The notes under the pieces: generated by a model
Database searches by the model: none
Told to the model about the DNA's origin: nothing
What the model saw: the letters and a program-made list of their open reading frames with translations, nothing else
Shown here: piece after piece, positions 46,736 through 58,489 of the stretch
Layout of the letters: each line of letters begins with the position of its first letter
How positions within the stretch are numbered: position 1 is the first letter of the stretch
Origin: Squalus acanthias
Lineage: Eukaryota
Assembly (NCBI GenBank): GCA_030390025.1
Contig: CM059432.1
Coordinates: 137,828,001-137,892,000 of the forward strand
Direction of reading: 5' to 3'
Length of the DNA: 64,000 nt
Position numbers and translations under genes: made by a program

Positions 46736-46927
46736 CCCCAGCAAGCTGTTGAGGCTGGGGGCCAATTGAAAATTTAAAAATTGAGTTTGATAGGTTGTGA
46801 TTAGGCAAGGGTATCAAGGGTAATGGAACCAAGGTATATAGATGGAGTTAAGATACAGGTCAGCCATGATCTAACTGAATAGCTGAACAGGCGCGAGGGG
46901 CTGAATGGCCTATCCCAGTTCCTATGT
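46736..46927 (+). mobile_element. CR1 3' end fragment
   Basis: KAVEA..FK.E.D..L.GIKG motif plus the CAGCCATGATC..GAGGGGCTGAATGGCCTA tail. Confidence 0.75.
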
Positions 46928-47923
46928 CCTAGTCTCTGTGTGGACAATGACAGGGTAATTAAGGAGGAGTTAAATGTGGCAGGGAAGGGATGCGACATCA
47001 CTGTTACATTCTTTTGATAGAGGTCATTTGAAAATAGCTGCAGGTATTCCTGGAAGAAGGAAATGGGGTTTAAAAGAGCAATACAAAAGGCTTGATTTAG
47101 GACACGGTTGATAAAAAAAAAATATTAACTTTCAACAACAGTGCAAGGATAGTATAGAATTTACCCCCCATAGAGTCACATAATATTACAGCACAGAAAT
47201 GTGCCATTCAGTCTATTAAGTCTGAGATGGTGATTTTCCCCCACAATTGCTACCTGCTTGCTCCCCATATACTTTAATATTCCTCTTTCTCAAGAACTAT
47301 CTAATTGCTTTTTAAAACAAATTTATGGACAGAATAGTCTGTCAATTCTTTTAAAAGGGAATTAAATAGTTGCCACATTATTATGGACTCCCCATTTCCC
47401 AAAACTAGTGAAATGAATAAACCTTCCATTTAACAGAGTTAGACAGAACATGTAATAGCTTTCAGGGATAAGGGTAAGTTATAACTCAGCTTGAAGAGTC
47501 AAACAAGAGGTTGTTAACACAGGTTCAGACCTGAGTTTGCCAGCATAAGAGAATTGTCCATAAGGGATAAGACAGGAGAGTTGTAATTGCTGCAGGTTTA
47601 AGTCTGGAGTAATAGCCTGCAAGTTAATGTGGGCACGAAGATGCTTGTATCAAATCTGCACTATTTCAATTAAATCATTAACCCATTCAAAAAGAAAAAG
47701 TGGTTAACACTGCAGCTGAAACAGCGGAGAGAGGAATTTGATACAAGCAGGTGAAGCGTTTCTAGAATAACATCACTCGTAGTCATTTCCAGGTTAATAA
47801 CCATTGAAATGTGTTCGGCAAAAGATGCTGCAATATTGGGAAACATCCTTATCTTTCATTGACTGTGGGTCTTTGTTCTGTGTGCGTGTATAAGGGGTTT
47901 GAGCATTTTAAATCTAAGTACTG

Positions 47924-48658
47924 TAACTGGCAACTGTCTGAGGCTGAACAAGACTACTCGCAACCTTGGTGTCATACTTAACCCTGAGATGAGCTTCCGA
48001 CCACATATTCGCGCCATCACTAAGACCGCCTATTTCCCCCTCCGGAACATCGCCCGACTCCGTCCCTGCTTCAGCTCATCCGCTGCTGAAACCCTCACCC
48101 ATGCCTTTGTTAGCTCTAGACTTGACTATTCCAACTCACTCCTGGCTGGCCTCCCACGTTCTACCCTACGTAAACTTGAGGTCATCCAAAATTCGGCTGC
48201 CCATGTCCTAACTCGCACCAAGTCCCGTTCACCCATCACCCCTGTGCTCGCTGGCCTACATTGGCTCTCGGTTAAGCAACGCCTCGATTTTAAATTTCTC
48301 ATCCTTGTTTCCAAATCCTTCCATGACCTCGCTCCTCCCTTTCTCTGCAATCTCCTTCAGCCCCACAATCCCCCGAGATATCTGCGTTCCTCTAATTCTG
48401 GCCTCTTGCGCATCACCATTGGCGGCCATGCCTTCAGCTGCCAAGGCCCTCAGCTCTGGAATTCCCTCCATAAACCGCTCCACCTCTCTACCTCTCTTTC
48501 CTCCTTTAAGACGCTCCTTAAAACCCACCTCTTTGTCATCCGCCCAAATACCTCCTTCTGTGGCTCGGTGTCAAATCCTGTTTGATAATCGCTCCTGTGA
48601 AGCGCCGTGGGACGTTTCACTGCACTAAAGGCGCCACATAAATACAAGTTGCTGTTGT
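47924..48658 (+). mobile_element. L2 3' portion
   Basis: ORF 47899..48585 homologous to the L2 ORF above, with an AAATACAAGTTGCTGTTG tail. Confidence 0.92.
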
Positions 48659-48825
48659 AGAAAAACAGACTTTAAAATGTTGACGGGTGCTCGGAGCCAA
48701 AGTGCAGAGTACAAAGCTAATTTAATGAGTCCAAGCTGGCAGCTGGGAGACCCCTGGAAGCACAAATTGGGAGGTTGCAGGTACACCTTCCATGATTCAC
48801 TACCCATTTCCCACACTGACACCTC

Positions 48826-48912
48826 AACAGCAACAACAACTTGCATTTGTATAGCGCCTTTAATGTCGTAAAACGTCCCAAGGCGCTTCACAGGAGCATT
48901 ATCAGAAAAAAA
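48826..48912 (-). mobile_element. L2 3' tail
   Basis: (CAA)n ACTTGCATTTGTATAGCGCC. Confidence 0.75.
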
Positions 48913-49099
48913 TTGATTATAAAAACCTCTGATGGTCGGCAAGGTTTTTTTTGAACATGTGTAAAATATTTATGTTAATAGAAAGGCAGCCGAACTATTT
49001 GCACGCAATTTTTCATAAAATCGACCTAAATTTATCGATTGATTTTCTTTTAGCACGATGGGCACAATAGGGGGAGAGGTAGCTAACAGTGTTGACAAA

Positions 49100-49530
49100 T
49101 GAAAGAAAGAAGGAAAGAACTTGCCCTTATACAGCGCCTTGTATGTCATCAGGAAGCCCCAAAGTGCTTTGTAGTCATTGTTGTTTGGGTTGTTGGGAAA
49201 CGCAGAAGTCAATTTGTGCACAGCAAGGTCCCGGACAGCGTTGTGAGAAATGACTATTTTTTTGTGATGTTGGTTGAGGGAAACATATTGGCCCAGGGAC
49301 ACCAGGGAAAACTCCCCTGCTCTTCTTCAACCAGTGCCAGGGGATCAGTTACGTCCACCTGAGAGAGCAGACGGGGCCTCGGTTTAATGTCTCATCTGAA
49401 AGACGGCACCTCCGACAGTGTAGCACTCCCTCAGCACTGCACTGGGAGTGTCAGCCTAGATTGTGTGTCAAGTCTCTGGAGTGGGACTTGAACCCACAAC
49501 TTTCTGACTCAGAGACAAGAGTGCTACCAC
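49100..49530 (-). mobile_element. DeuSINE, near full length
   Basis: tRNA-like head (GGTAGCAC..GGTTCAAG), Deu domain and L2 tail. Confidence 0.88.
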
Positions 49531-49559
49531 CAAGGCAATAGATGGTAGCGTCCTGTAGA

Positions 49560-49987
49560 AGAAGAAGAAGGATTTGCATTTCTATTGCTCCTTTCACGAT
49601 CTCAGGATGTCCCAAAGCGCTTTACAGCCAATGAAGTACTTTTGAAGTGTAGTCACTGTTGTAATGTAGGAAACGCAGCAGCCAATTTGTGCACAACAAG
49701 CTCCCACAAACAACAATGTGATAAAGACCAGATAATCTGTTTTGGTGATGTTGGTTGAGGGATAAATATTGGCCAGGATGCCGGGGAGAACTCCCCCGTT
49801 CTTCGAAATAGTGCCATGGGATCTTTTACGTCCACCCGAGAGGGCAGACGGGGCCTCGGTTTAACGTCTCATCCAAAAGACGGCGCCTCTGACAGTGCAG
49901 CACTCCCTCAGCACTGCACTGGGAATGTCAGCCTGGATTATGTGCTCAAGACTTTGGAGTGGGGCTTGAATCCACCACCTTCTGACA
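49560..49987 (-). mobile_element. DeuSINE, near full length
   Basis: Colinear with the neighbouring copy. Confidence 0.88.
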
Positions 49988-50294
49988 AATGGCATTGTGT
50001 TTGAAAGCAATGAGTGTGTTTGAAAGCAATGAGTAAAAGGGAGACCCCTGATGTTGGTGGTACAGGTTCAGGTAGTGGGCCTTCTGTATTCACTGCAGCT
50101 GGCAAGCTGGGTGTGTAACCAACCTCCAGGGTTATTCCTTCAACTGGGCGAGCACTTCGAACATTTACAACACATGAGGTAAACACACCATCAAAACACA
50201 TTAAACACGTACACCCATTACAGAAAAACAATTGGAAAAAAAATCACTTTCACTATATCACAAAACTGATTGGATTTCTCATACATGTGTGGCC

Positions 50295-50388
50295 AAATTT
50301 TTTGTCTTATGATACTCCTGTAAAGCGCCTTGGGACGTTTTACTACGTTAAAGGCGCTATATAAATACAAGTTGTTGTTGTTGTTGTT
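50295..50388 (+). mobile_element. L2 3' tail
   Basis: AAAGCGCCTTGGGACG..GGCGCTATATAAATACAAG(TTG)n. Confidence 0.8.
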
Positions 50389-50504
50389 GGGCAGGTGCAA
50401 TTTTGTGTTGGGATTGATTATATTCAGTGAGCTGGCAATTTAAAACCAGATAATGGAAGCACATTTTATGCTATGTTCAAGATTTTCCATAATGCGTTAT
50501 GCTT

Positions 50505-50620
50505 GGATCAGATACGGCACAGAAGGAGGCCATTCGGCCCATCGTGCCTGTGCCGGCTCTTTGAAAGAGCTGTCCAATGAATCCCACTCCCCCTGCTCTT
50601 TCCCCTTAGCCCTGCAAATA
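50505..50620 (-). mobile_element. CR1 3' UTR fragment
   Basis: Matches 54830-54940. Confidence 0.75.
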
Positions 50621-51644
50621 TCTCCAAGAAACCATGTTTCTTTCTGCCATTTTACTGGCGTCGAACACTATTGTGCTGCCAACTGTCTGAGCAATACTAC
50701 AGGAAAATCCCTGTACAAGGCAAGCACTTGAAACGACGTGAATGGGGTGCTTTGTACAATCCGTATCGCCCCCTATTTTGTAGTACTTATCAGAGGACAA
50801 AACTTAACAAAAAGAAAAATGATCTACTTGAAAAAGGACTAGGATAAATAAATTGTGATGGGCAAAATCGTAGCATAAAATTATGCCAATTGAATTTCAC
50901 ATCTGTTAAAGTTTAAAGTATTTTCTTACCCAGAGATGAAGCTAAATGATACAACATATTGCACTTCATTTATTATCCCTACAGGCACAGTTTTATCTAT
51001 GTGTTGTAAGCATTCATAGCACATGCTCAAAGCATACATTTTCGAATCCAGAATTTCAAAATATTGTAGTTTGAGTGTGTTTTTGAGTCAAAGGGAATTT
51101 AACCTGTTCCTGCATATTTGGTGCAGACAGCAGCAGTAGTGTCCTTGACACTGATGCCTCCTTGTTCGTAGCTCGCTCGGTCAATCTTCGCAGGACCACT
51201 TTGTTTCCCGTATTATTTTACTGCAAACCGCAGCTACTGCCACACGAAAAAAAAAAACCAGCTCGCCGTAATCAATTAACAAGGGACGCGCGAGTCAAAA
51301 TAATAGGACTGAGGTAGCGGGCTTTGTTGATTTTGATAATACACCAATTTGAAAAACCCGGCTGGGAATAAATTAAGGCTGTGTGGTGGCTTTCATTCTT
51401 TATCTGCACAAAGCGCCCAAATAGTTTACGACAAGTCCTGCAAACTTACAACACGTTACATCAGTGTTTGAGCATTGAACTGTTCAAAGGCTCATTTTTG
51501 CCATTAATCGTGAAACTTGGATTACGAGTAGTGATTTGCCGGTACTTTTTTTTTTGAGACTCTCGTATTACGTGGTAGCTTTTGAAAATTTTGAAGGAGG
51601 CCCTTTCAGTTATTTTTCTAAGCAGACTCCCCACTTTGTTTCAC

Positions 51645-52207
51645 CGAGCCTCGATTTTAAAATTCTCGTCCTTGTATTCTAATCCCTCCGTGGCCTCGCC
51701 CCCTTCCCCATCTCTGTAGCCTCCTCCAGCCTGACGACCAATGTTTCCCCTAAGGTGCGCGGGGACACGGCCGCGTATCAATCGGGAGGCCCGGCACCGG
51801 CACCGGCCGCTCACGGGCTATTGCCGCTGGAAGGTACCGCGCAGCAAATTTAAAGGGACCGCGCACGGAAAAAAAACTAGAGGGAACATCACCTACAACC
51901 CCTGCGCTCCTCCAAGTCTGGCCTCCTGCGCATCCTCGATTTTCATCGCTCCACCATTGGCGGCCGTGCCTTCAGCTGCCCAGGCCCGAAGCTCTGGAAT
52001 TCGCGCCCTAAACCTCTCCGCCTCTCTCTCCTCCTTTAAGATACTCCTTAAAATCTACCTCTTTGACCAAGCTTTTGGTCACCTGCCCTAATTTCTCCTT
52101 ATGTGGCTCGGTGTCAAATTTTCTTTGATAACGCTGCCGTGAAGCGCCTTGGGACATTTTACTACGTTAAAGGTGCTATATAAATGCAAGTTGTTGTTGT
52201 TGTTGTT
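51645..52207 (+). mobile_element. L2 3' fragment interrupted by a small hAT-type MITE
   Basis: L2 sequence breaks at ..CTCCAGCC and resumes at CCTACAACCC, ending in a (TTG)n tail. Confidence 0.85.
51739..51891. mobile_element. Small hAT-type MITE (same family as 55695-55921)
   Basis: Ends CAATGTTTCCCCTAAG / CTAGAGGGAACATCA, internal TTTAAAGGGACCGCGCA, and a degenerate 8-bp TSD. Confidence 0.7.
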
Positions 52208-52464
52208 GAGCCTGTTTCTTTGACAAGATGCCTTTTCTGGATGTACCTGCAGTATTGCGTACATGCTCCTATTATAGCTCTGAGCTGCGAAGGTCATTTC
52301 AGGCATGTATTGTCACCTTGAGCATTGCTGTGTTATCACCTGGCAGCTGTTCAGCCACCAGCTCCACTGTTTCCTGACGCCGCTGCTATATGTATGGGTT
52401 TCACACTTCCGAACCTTGATGTTCCCCTCAGTACTGGAGAGCGTAATCAGGCACAAAGATAAAG

Positions 52465-52671
52465 AAAAGTGAGAAGTCGCACAACACCAGGTTATAGTCC
52501 AACAGCTTTATTTGAAATCACAAGCTTTCGGAGTGCTGCTCCTTCGTCAGGTGACGAAGGAGCAGCCGCTCCGAAAGCTTGTGATTTCAAATAAAGCTGT
52601 TGGACTATAACCTGGTGTTGTGCGACTTCTCACTTTTGTCCACCCCAGTCCAACACCGGCATCTCCGCATC
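52465..52671. mobile_element. Penelope-like element remnant: ~85-bp-arm palindrome plus 34-bp unpaired tail
   Basis: Arms 52465-52549 and 52552-52637 are near-perfect inverted repeats containing a hammerhead-type core. Flanks AAAGATAAAG / AAAAATAAAG resemble a TSD. Confidence 0.75.
52519..52553 (-). ncRNA. Minimal type-I hammerhead ribozyme motif
   Basis: CAC-CUGACGA-A-GGAG(cagca)CUCC-GAAA-GC-UU-GUG: conserved boxes, stem I CAC/GUG, stem II GGAG/CUCC, and palindromic AGCU in place of stem III. Confidence 0.6.
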
Positions 52672-53303
52672 AAAAATAAAGAAGTAATAGGTCACACACC
52701 TCCTGGGGAAAGGTAGCTTCCCATCACATCTTAGAATCCTTAAACAGTTGAAGATTCTCTTTGATGTCTGAGATGGGCAGGTTTCCTACTGAAACAACAT
52801 GGCTCTCAAAGAGCCGTTAAGTTCTTATTTCCTGTTGCATACTCACTCAAATGGGATAGGCACCGAATTAAAGGCAGATACAACATGCTACACAAATAAG
52901 CACATTCCTGATACTGTTTAAGCTCAATTCTATTAAGGCCCAATTTGTTCCTGGCTTAGCCACGACTATTCCTGTTATATACACATCTGGTTAGAAGGAA
53001 TTGGTTTCTGATCTGTCTGAGCTACTCCATGTAACCGTTTTTTAAGTTGAGCTGTGTATTGGACAAACTTTACACAAATAATCAAGTGATGTTTTCTCAA
53101 GTCTCAGTAGGAACGCTAACATCAATACTTCATTTTAGCTTTTCCACATAGAAAATGTACTGTGGTTTAAAACAGGTGGTAGCTTAGTTTCCTGTTTGTC
53201 TAAAAGTGTTAAATGGAAGTATCTTACGAGAGACTTAAAACCTTCTTTATATTTAGGGGTATCCGGGGCGATTCCATGCAGGAGAGCAAGCTGAAGTTAG
53301 GGA

Positions 53304-53762
53304 AAAGAAAGACTTAATGTTTATATAGCGCCTTTCACGACCTCAGGATGTTCCAAAGCGCTTTACAGCCAATGAAGTACTTTTGAAGTGTAGTCACTGT
53401 TGTAATGTAGGAAACACATAGCCAATTTGCTCACAGCAAGCTCCTACAAACAGCGTGTTAATGTCCAGATAATCTGTTTTAGTGATGTTGATTGAGGAAT
53501 AAATATTGGCCAGGAGATCGGGGATATCGCCCCTGCTTTTCTTCGAAATAGTGCCATGGGATGTTTTATGTCCACCTGAGAGGGCAGACGGGGCCTCGGT
53601 TTAACGTCTCATCTGAAAGATGGCACCTCTGACAGTACAGCACTCCCTCAATACTGCACTGGGAATGTCAGTCTAGATTTTGTGCTCAAGTCTCTGGAGC
53701 AGGACTTGAACCCTCAACCTTCTGACTCAGGGACGAGAGTGCTACCAACTGAGCCACAGCTG
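53304..53762 (-). mobile_element. DeuSINE, full length
   Basis: Pol III A box (TGGCTCAGTTGG) and B box (GGTTCAAGTCC), Deu domain and L2-type tail. Confidence 0.92.
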
Positions 53763-54059
53763 AGAATTGGGGGCTACACTGTAGTACCCCTATATCTGAC
53801 CCATGCCCCCTGCAAGCCTGGATCCCCAATGGGAGTGCAAAATCAGCCCTACTCTCCTACGATTTTTTAATGTGTGTGTGTGCAGATTAATAATTTGAAA
53901 TAGTCCTAGTAGATGTCCCAGTGAGTTTCTGAGAGGTGTGTTTAGTGAAGTAAGTGGATACTGTGTTTTTTTTTGATTGTCTCAAATTTTGCAGGAACCG
54001 ATCAAAATTTTTGGGGTTACCTTTGAGCCAATTGTTTAATTTTTTTTGCCCCATGGACA

Positions 54060-54421
54060 ATCCAGGCTGACACTCTAGGGCAGTACTGAGGGAGTGCTGC
54101 ACTGTCAGAGGTGCCGTCTTTCGGATGAGACGTTAAACCCAGGCCCCGCCTGCCCTCTCGGGCGGATGTAAAAGATCCCACAGCACTATTTGAAGAAGAG
54201 CAGGGGAATTCTCCCCGGTGCCCTGGCCAATATCACTAAATACAAATGATCTGGTCATTATCACTTTGCTGTTTGTGGGAGCTTGCTGTGCGCGAATTGG
54301 CTGCCGCATTTCCTACATCACAACAGCGACTGTACTTCAAAAAGTACTTAATTGGCTGTAAAGCACTTTGGAACAGTCTGAGGTTATGAAAGGCGCTATA
54401 TAAATGCAAGTCTTTCTTTTT
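54060..54421 (+). mobile_element. DeuSINE lacking its head
   Basis: Deu domain GGTGCCGTCTTTCGGATGAGACGTTAAACC and tail. Confidence 0.88.
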
Positions 54422-54821
54422 ACTTGTATTTGGGTAGGCGTATGATGTGCCCAATATCGGTTCTGGTAGAAGTATCACTGGGAGATGAGAACTTTATATA
54501 TAAAGGGACTTTGCTTTCATGAAAAAATGCTTGATAATTTTTGTTGATCTACAGGAAGCTTTGGGTCAGTTTTTTTAATAATGATGCATATCAGAAGTAT
54601 AAACTTATTTTATAATTGTAAAGAAACAGATGAAGGTCTGCTAGTCATTCATTTCATGAAATCATTCCCCTTAAAAAGGGCACCAATGTTCCCATAAACA
54701 AGCTTCTGGTACTGTTTATATATGGCCTTCATATATAAAAGTCATCATCTTTGTTACTAATCTATTCTGAGTCATTTCTGTAAAAGTGCTATCTCCCAAC
54801 TCTCCGAATCCAATTGTAAAA

Positions 54822-55388
54822 TCACAGAATCATACAACACAAAAGGAGGCCATTCGGCTCATCGTGCCTGTGCCGGCTCTTTGAAAGAGCTCTCCAATTA
54901 GTCCCACTCCCCCCTGCTCTTTCCCCATAACGCTGCAAATTTTTCCTTTTCAAGTATTTATCCAATTCCCTTTTGAAAGTTACTATTGAATCTGCATCCA
55001 CCACCCTTTCAGGCAGTGCGTTCCAGATCATAGCAACTCGCTCAATAAAAAAATTTCCCCTCATCTCCCCTCTGGCCTTTTTGCCAATTATCTTAAATCT
55101 GATTCCTCTGGTTACCGACCCTCCTTTCAGTGGAAACAGTTTCTCCCTATCTACTCTATCAAAACCCTATATAATTTTGAACACCTCTATTAAATCTCCC
55201 CTTAACCATCTCTGCTCTAAGGAGAACAATCCCAGCTTCTCCAGTCTCTCCACATAACTGAATTCCCTGATCCCTGGTATCATTCTAGTAAGTCTCCTCT
55301 GCTATCTCTCCAAGGCCTTGACATCCTTCCTAAAGTGTCTTGCCCAGAATACAACACAATACTCCAGCTGAGGCCTAACCAGTGATTT
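54822..55388 (-). mobile_element. CR1 3' portion
   Basis: RGNFFIERVAMIWNALPERVV on the minus strand plus tail. Confidence 0.9.
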
Positions 55389-55694
55389 ATGATGATGTAT
55401 TAACTTCTCCTGCATGAACTGATTCTTCTTATTAGCCAATTACAGAACTACATTGATGGTGAAGATGGTGGAGCCTAAAGCAGGAGCATCACAACTCTCA
55501 CATGAAGAAAGTTCAAAGAGGGACCTCAGAGGAAAAAGAAATGGGAGCCAAGGCAATAAATGCTCTTCAAAGTGTGATCTGTGTCGTCATTATACAGAGG
55601 AGCAATTAAGAGCTACTCTATTCTAATTAGCCACCGAGGTTCCAAACATTTTCCATGGGGATCTCCTGATCCACCAACATACCAAGATTGGTAG

Positions 55695-55921
55695 CAACGT
55701 TCCCGTTAAGCTGGAGGTCCCGCGCAACAGTTTGAATGGGCCGCGCAGCCAGTTAAAGGGGCCGCGCAGCCATTTAAAAGGGCCGCGCAGCCAGTTAAAG
55801 GGGCCGCGCAGCCATTTAAAAGGGCCGCGCAGCCAGTTAAAGGGGCCGCGCAGCCATTTAAAAGGGCCACGCAGCCAGTTAAAGGGGCTGCGCAGCCAAA
55901 AAAAAATGAGAGGGAACATTG
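55695..55921. mobile_element. hAT-type MITE with an internal 21-bp minisatellite
   Basis: Perfect 8-bp TSD ATTGGTAG (55687-55694, 55922-55929), TIRs CAACGTTCCC / GGGAACATTG, and ~7.5 copies of GGGCCGCGCAGCCA(G/T)TTAAA(G/A). Confidence 0.88.
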
Positions 55922-58489
55922 ATTGGTAGACACCCTAACGGTGTAAGCTACTAAATAAAATTCTGGGCTAGCAATATTGCTTGCGTTTATCTACATAACA
56001 GCAGTGACCACCCTTCAAAAGTGATTCATCGGTTGTGAAGGGCTTTGGGACTTGCTGAAGACGTGATAACATACTACATAAATGTAAGTTCCTCCTTTCA
56101 ATCATTTGATCTCACCCTCCCAGAATATCAACCCTACCATCTTCCTATTATAGCAGTTAGCTGTATGCATCCATGAAACTATCGGACTCCAGACCCACAG
56201 CAATATCGTTGACTATCTGAAATGGTCTAGCAAGCCACTCAGTTGTACACAACCGCTATGAAAAACAATAAGAATAAAATTGGACGGACCACCCGGCATC
56301 GACCTCGGCACCGGCTACGGACACAACAACGGCACACCCAGACCCGTCAACCCTGCAAAGTCTTCCTCACCAACATCTGGGGAATTGTGCCAAAATTGGG
56401 AGAGCTGTCCCATAGACTAGTCAAGCAACAGCCTGACATAGTCATACTCACAGAATCATACCTTTCATCCAATGTCCCAGACTCCTCCATCACCATCCCT
56501 GGGTATGTCCTGTCCCACCGGCAGGACAGACCCACCAGGGGTGGCGGCACAGTCGGGATGGAGTGGCCCTGGGAGTCCTCAACATTGACTCCGGACCCCA
56601 TGAAGTTTCATGGCTTCAGGTCAAGCATAGGCAAGGAAACCGCCTGCTGATTACCACCTACCACCCTCCCTCAGCTGATGAATCAGTACTCCTCCATGTT
56701 GAGCACCACTTGGAAGAAGCACCGAGGGTAGCAAGGGAGCAGAAGGTACTCTGGGTGGGGGACAAGAGTGGGGGACAAGCTCGGTAGCACCACTACTGAC
56801 CGAGCTGGCCGAGTCCTGAAGGACATAGCTGCCAGTCTGGGCCTGCGACAGGTGGTGAGAGAACCAACACGAGGGAAAAACCTACTTGACCTTGTCCTCA
56901 CCAATCTACCTGTCGCAGATGCATCTGTCCATGACAGTATTGGTAGCAGTGACAACTGCACAGTCATTGTGGAGATGAAGTCCTGTCTTCACACTGAGGA
57001 CATCCTCCATCGTGTTGTGTGGCACTACCACCATGCTAAATGGCATAGATTCAGAACAGATCTAGCAGCTCAAAACTGGGCATCCATGAGGTGCTGTGGG
57101 CCATCAGCAGCAGCAGAATTGTATTCCACCACAATCTGTAACCGGCACATCCCTCACTCTACCATTACAATCAAGCCAGGTGACCAACTCTGGTGCAATA
57201 AGGAGTGTAGAAGAGCATGCCAAGAGCAGCACCAGGCTGCCTAAAAATGCAGTGCCAACCTGGGGAAACTGCAACACAGGACTACATGCATGCTAAAAAG
57301 CAGAGGCAGCATGCTATAGACAGAACTAAGCAATCCCACAATCAACAGATCAGATCAAAGCTCTGCAGTCCTGCCACATCCAGTCGTGAATGGTGGTGGA
57401 CAATTAAACAACTAACAGGAGGAGGAGGCTCCATGAATATCCCCATCCTCAATGATGGTGGCGCTCAGCACGTGAGTGCAAAAGACAAAGCTGAAGTGTT
57501 TGCAACCATAATCAGCCAAAAGTGCCGAGTGGATGATCCATATCGGCCTCCTCCTGAGGTCCCCACCACCACAGAAGCCAGTTTTCAGCCAATTCGAATA
57601 ACTCCACGCGATATCAAGAAACAACTGAGCGCACTGGATACAGCAAAGGCTGTGGGCCCCGACAACATCCTGGCTGTCGTGCTGAAGACTTGTGCTCCAG
57701 AACTAGCCGCACCTCTAGCCAAGCTGTTCCAGTACAGCTACAACACTGGCATCTATCTGACAATGTGGAAAATTGCCCTGGTATGTCCTGTCCACAAAAA
57801 GCAGGACAAATCTAATCCAGCCAATTACCGCCCCATCAGTCTACTCTCAATCATAAGCAAACTGATGCCCAGTTTGGGTTCCGCCAGGACCACTCAGCTC
57901 CAGACCTCATTACAGCCTTGGTCCAAACATGGACAAAAGAGCTGAATTCCAGAGGTGAGGTGAGAGTGACTGCCCTTGACATTAAGGCAGCATTTGACCG
58001 AGGGTGACATCAAGGAGCCCTAGAAAAACTGAAGTCAATGGGAATCAAGCAGAAAACTCTCCACTGGCTGGAAGATGGTTGTGGTGGTTGGAGGTCAATC
58101 ATCACAGCCCCAGGACATCGCTGCAGGAGTTCCTCAGGGCAGTGTCCTTGGCCCAACCATCTTCAGCTGCTTCATCAATGACCTTCCGTCCATCATAAGG
58201 TCAGAGTGGGGATGTTCGCTGATGACTGCACAGTGTTCAGTGCCATTTGCAACTCCTCAGATAATGAAGCAGTCCATGCCCGCATGCAGCAAGACCTGGA
58301 CGACATTTAGGCTTGGGCTGATAAGTGGCAGGTAACATTCGCGCCACGCAAATGCCAGGCAATGACTATCTCCAACAAGCGAGCGTCTAACCACCACCCC
58401 TTGACATTCAACGGCATTACCATCGCCGAATCCCCCACCATCAATATCCTGGGGTTACCATTAACCAGAAAATTAACTGGACCAGCCAC

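Noticed and set aside
53690..53762. tRNA genes (also ~40010-40077, 61725-61790, 62862-62925)
   Set aside because: These are tRNA-derived SINE heads continuous with SINE bodies.
55446..55626. Possible terminal exon (..MVEPKAGASQLSHEESSK..LRATLF*)
   Set aside because: Short open frame with a weak acceptor and no recognisable homology. Insufficient support.
55623..55933. Repetitive ORFs (WLRGPFN/K; LKGPRSQ/H)
   Set aside because: Translations of the 21-bp minisatellite inside a hAT MITE.
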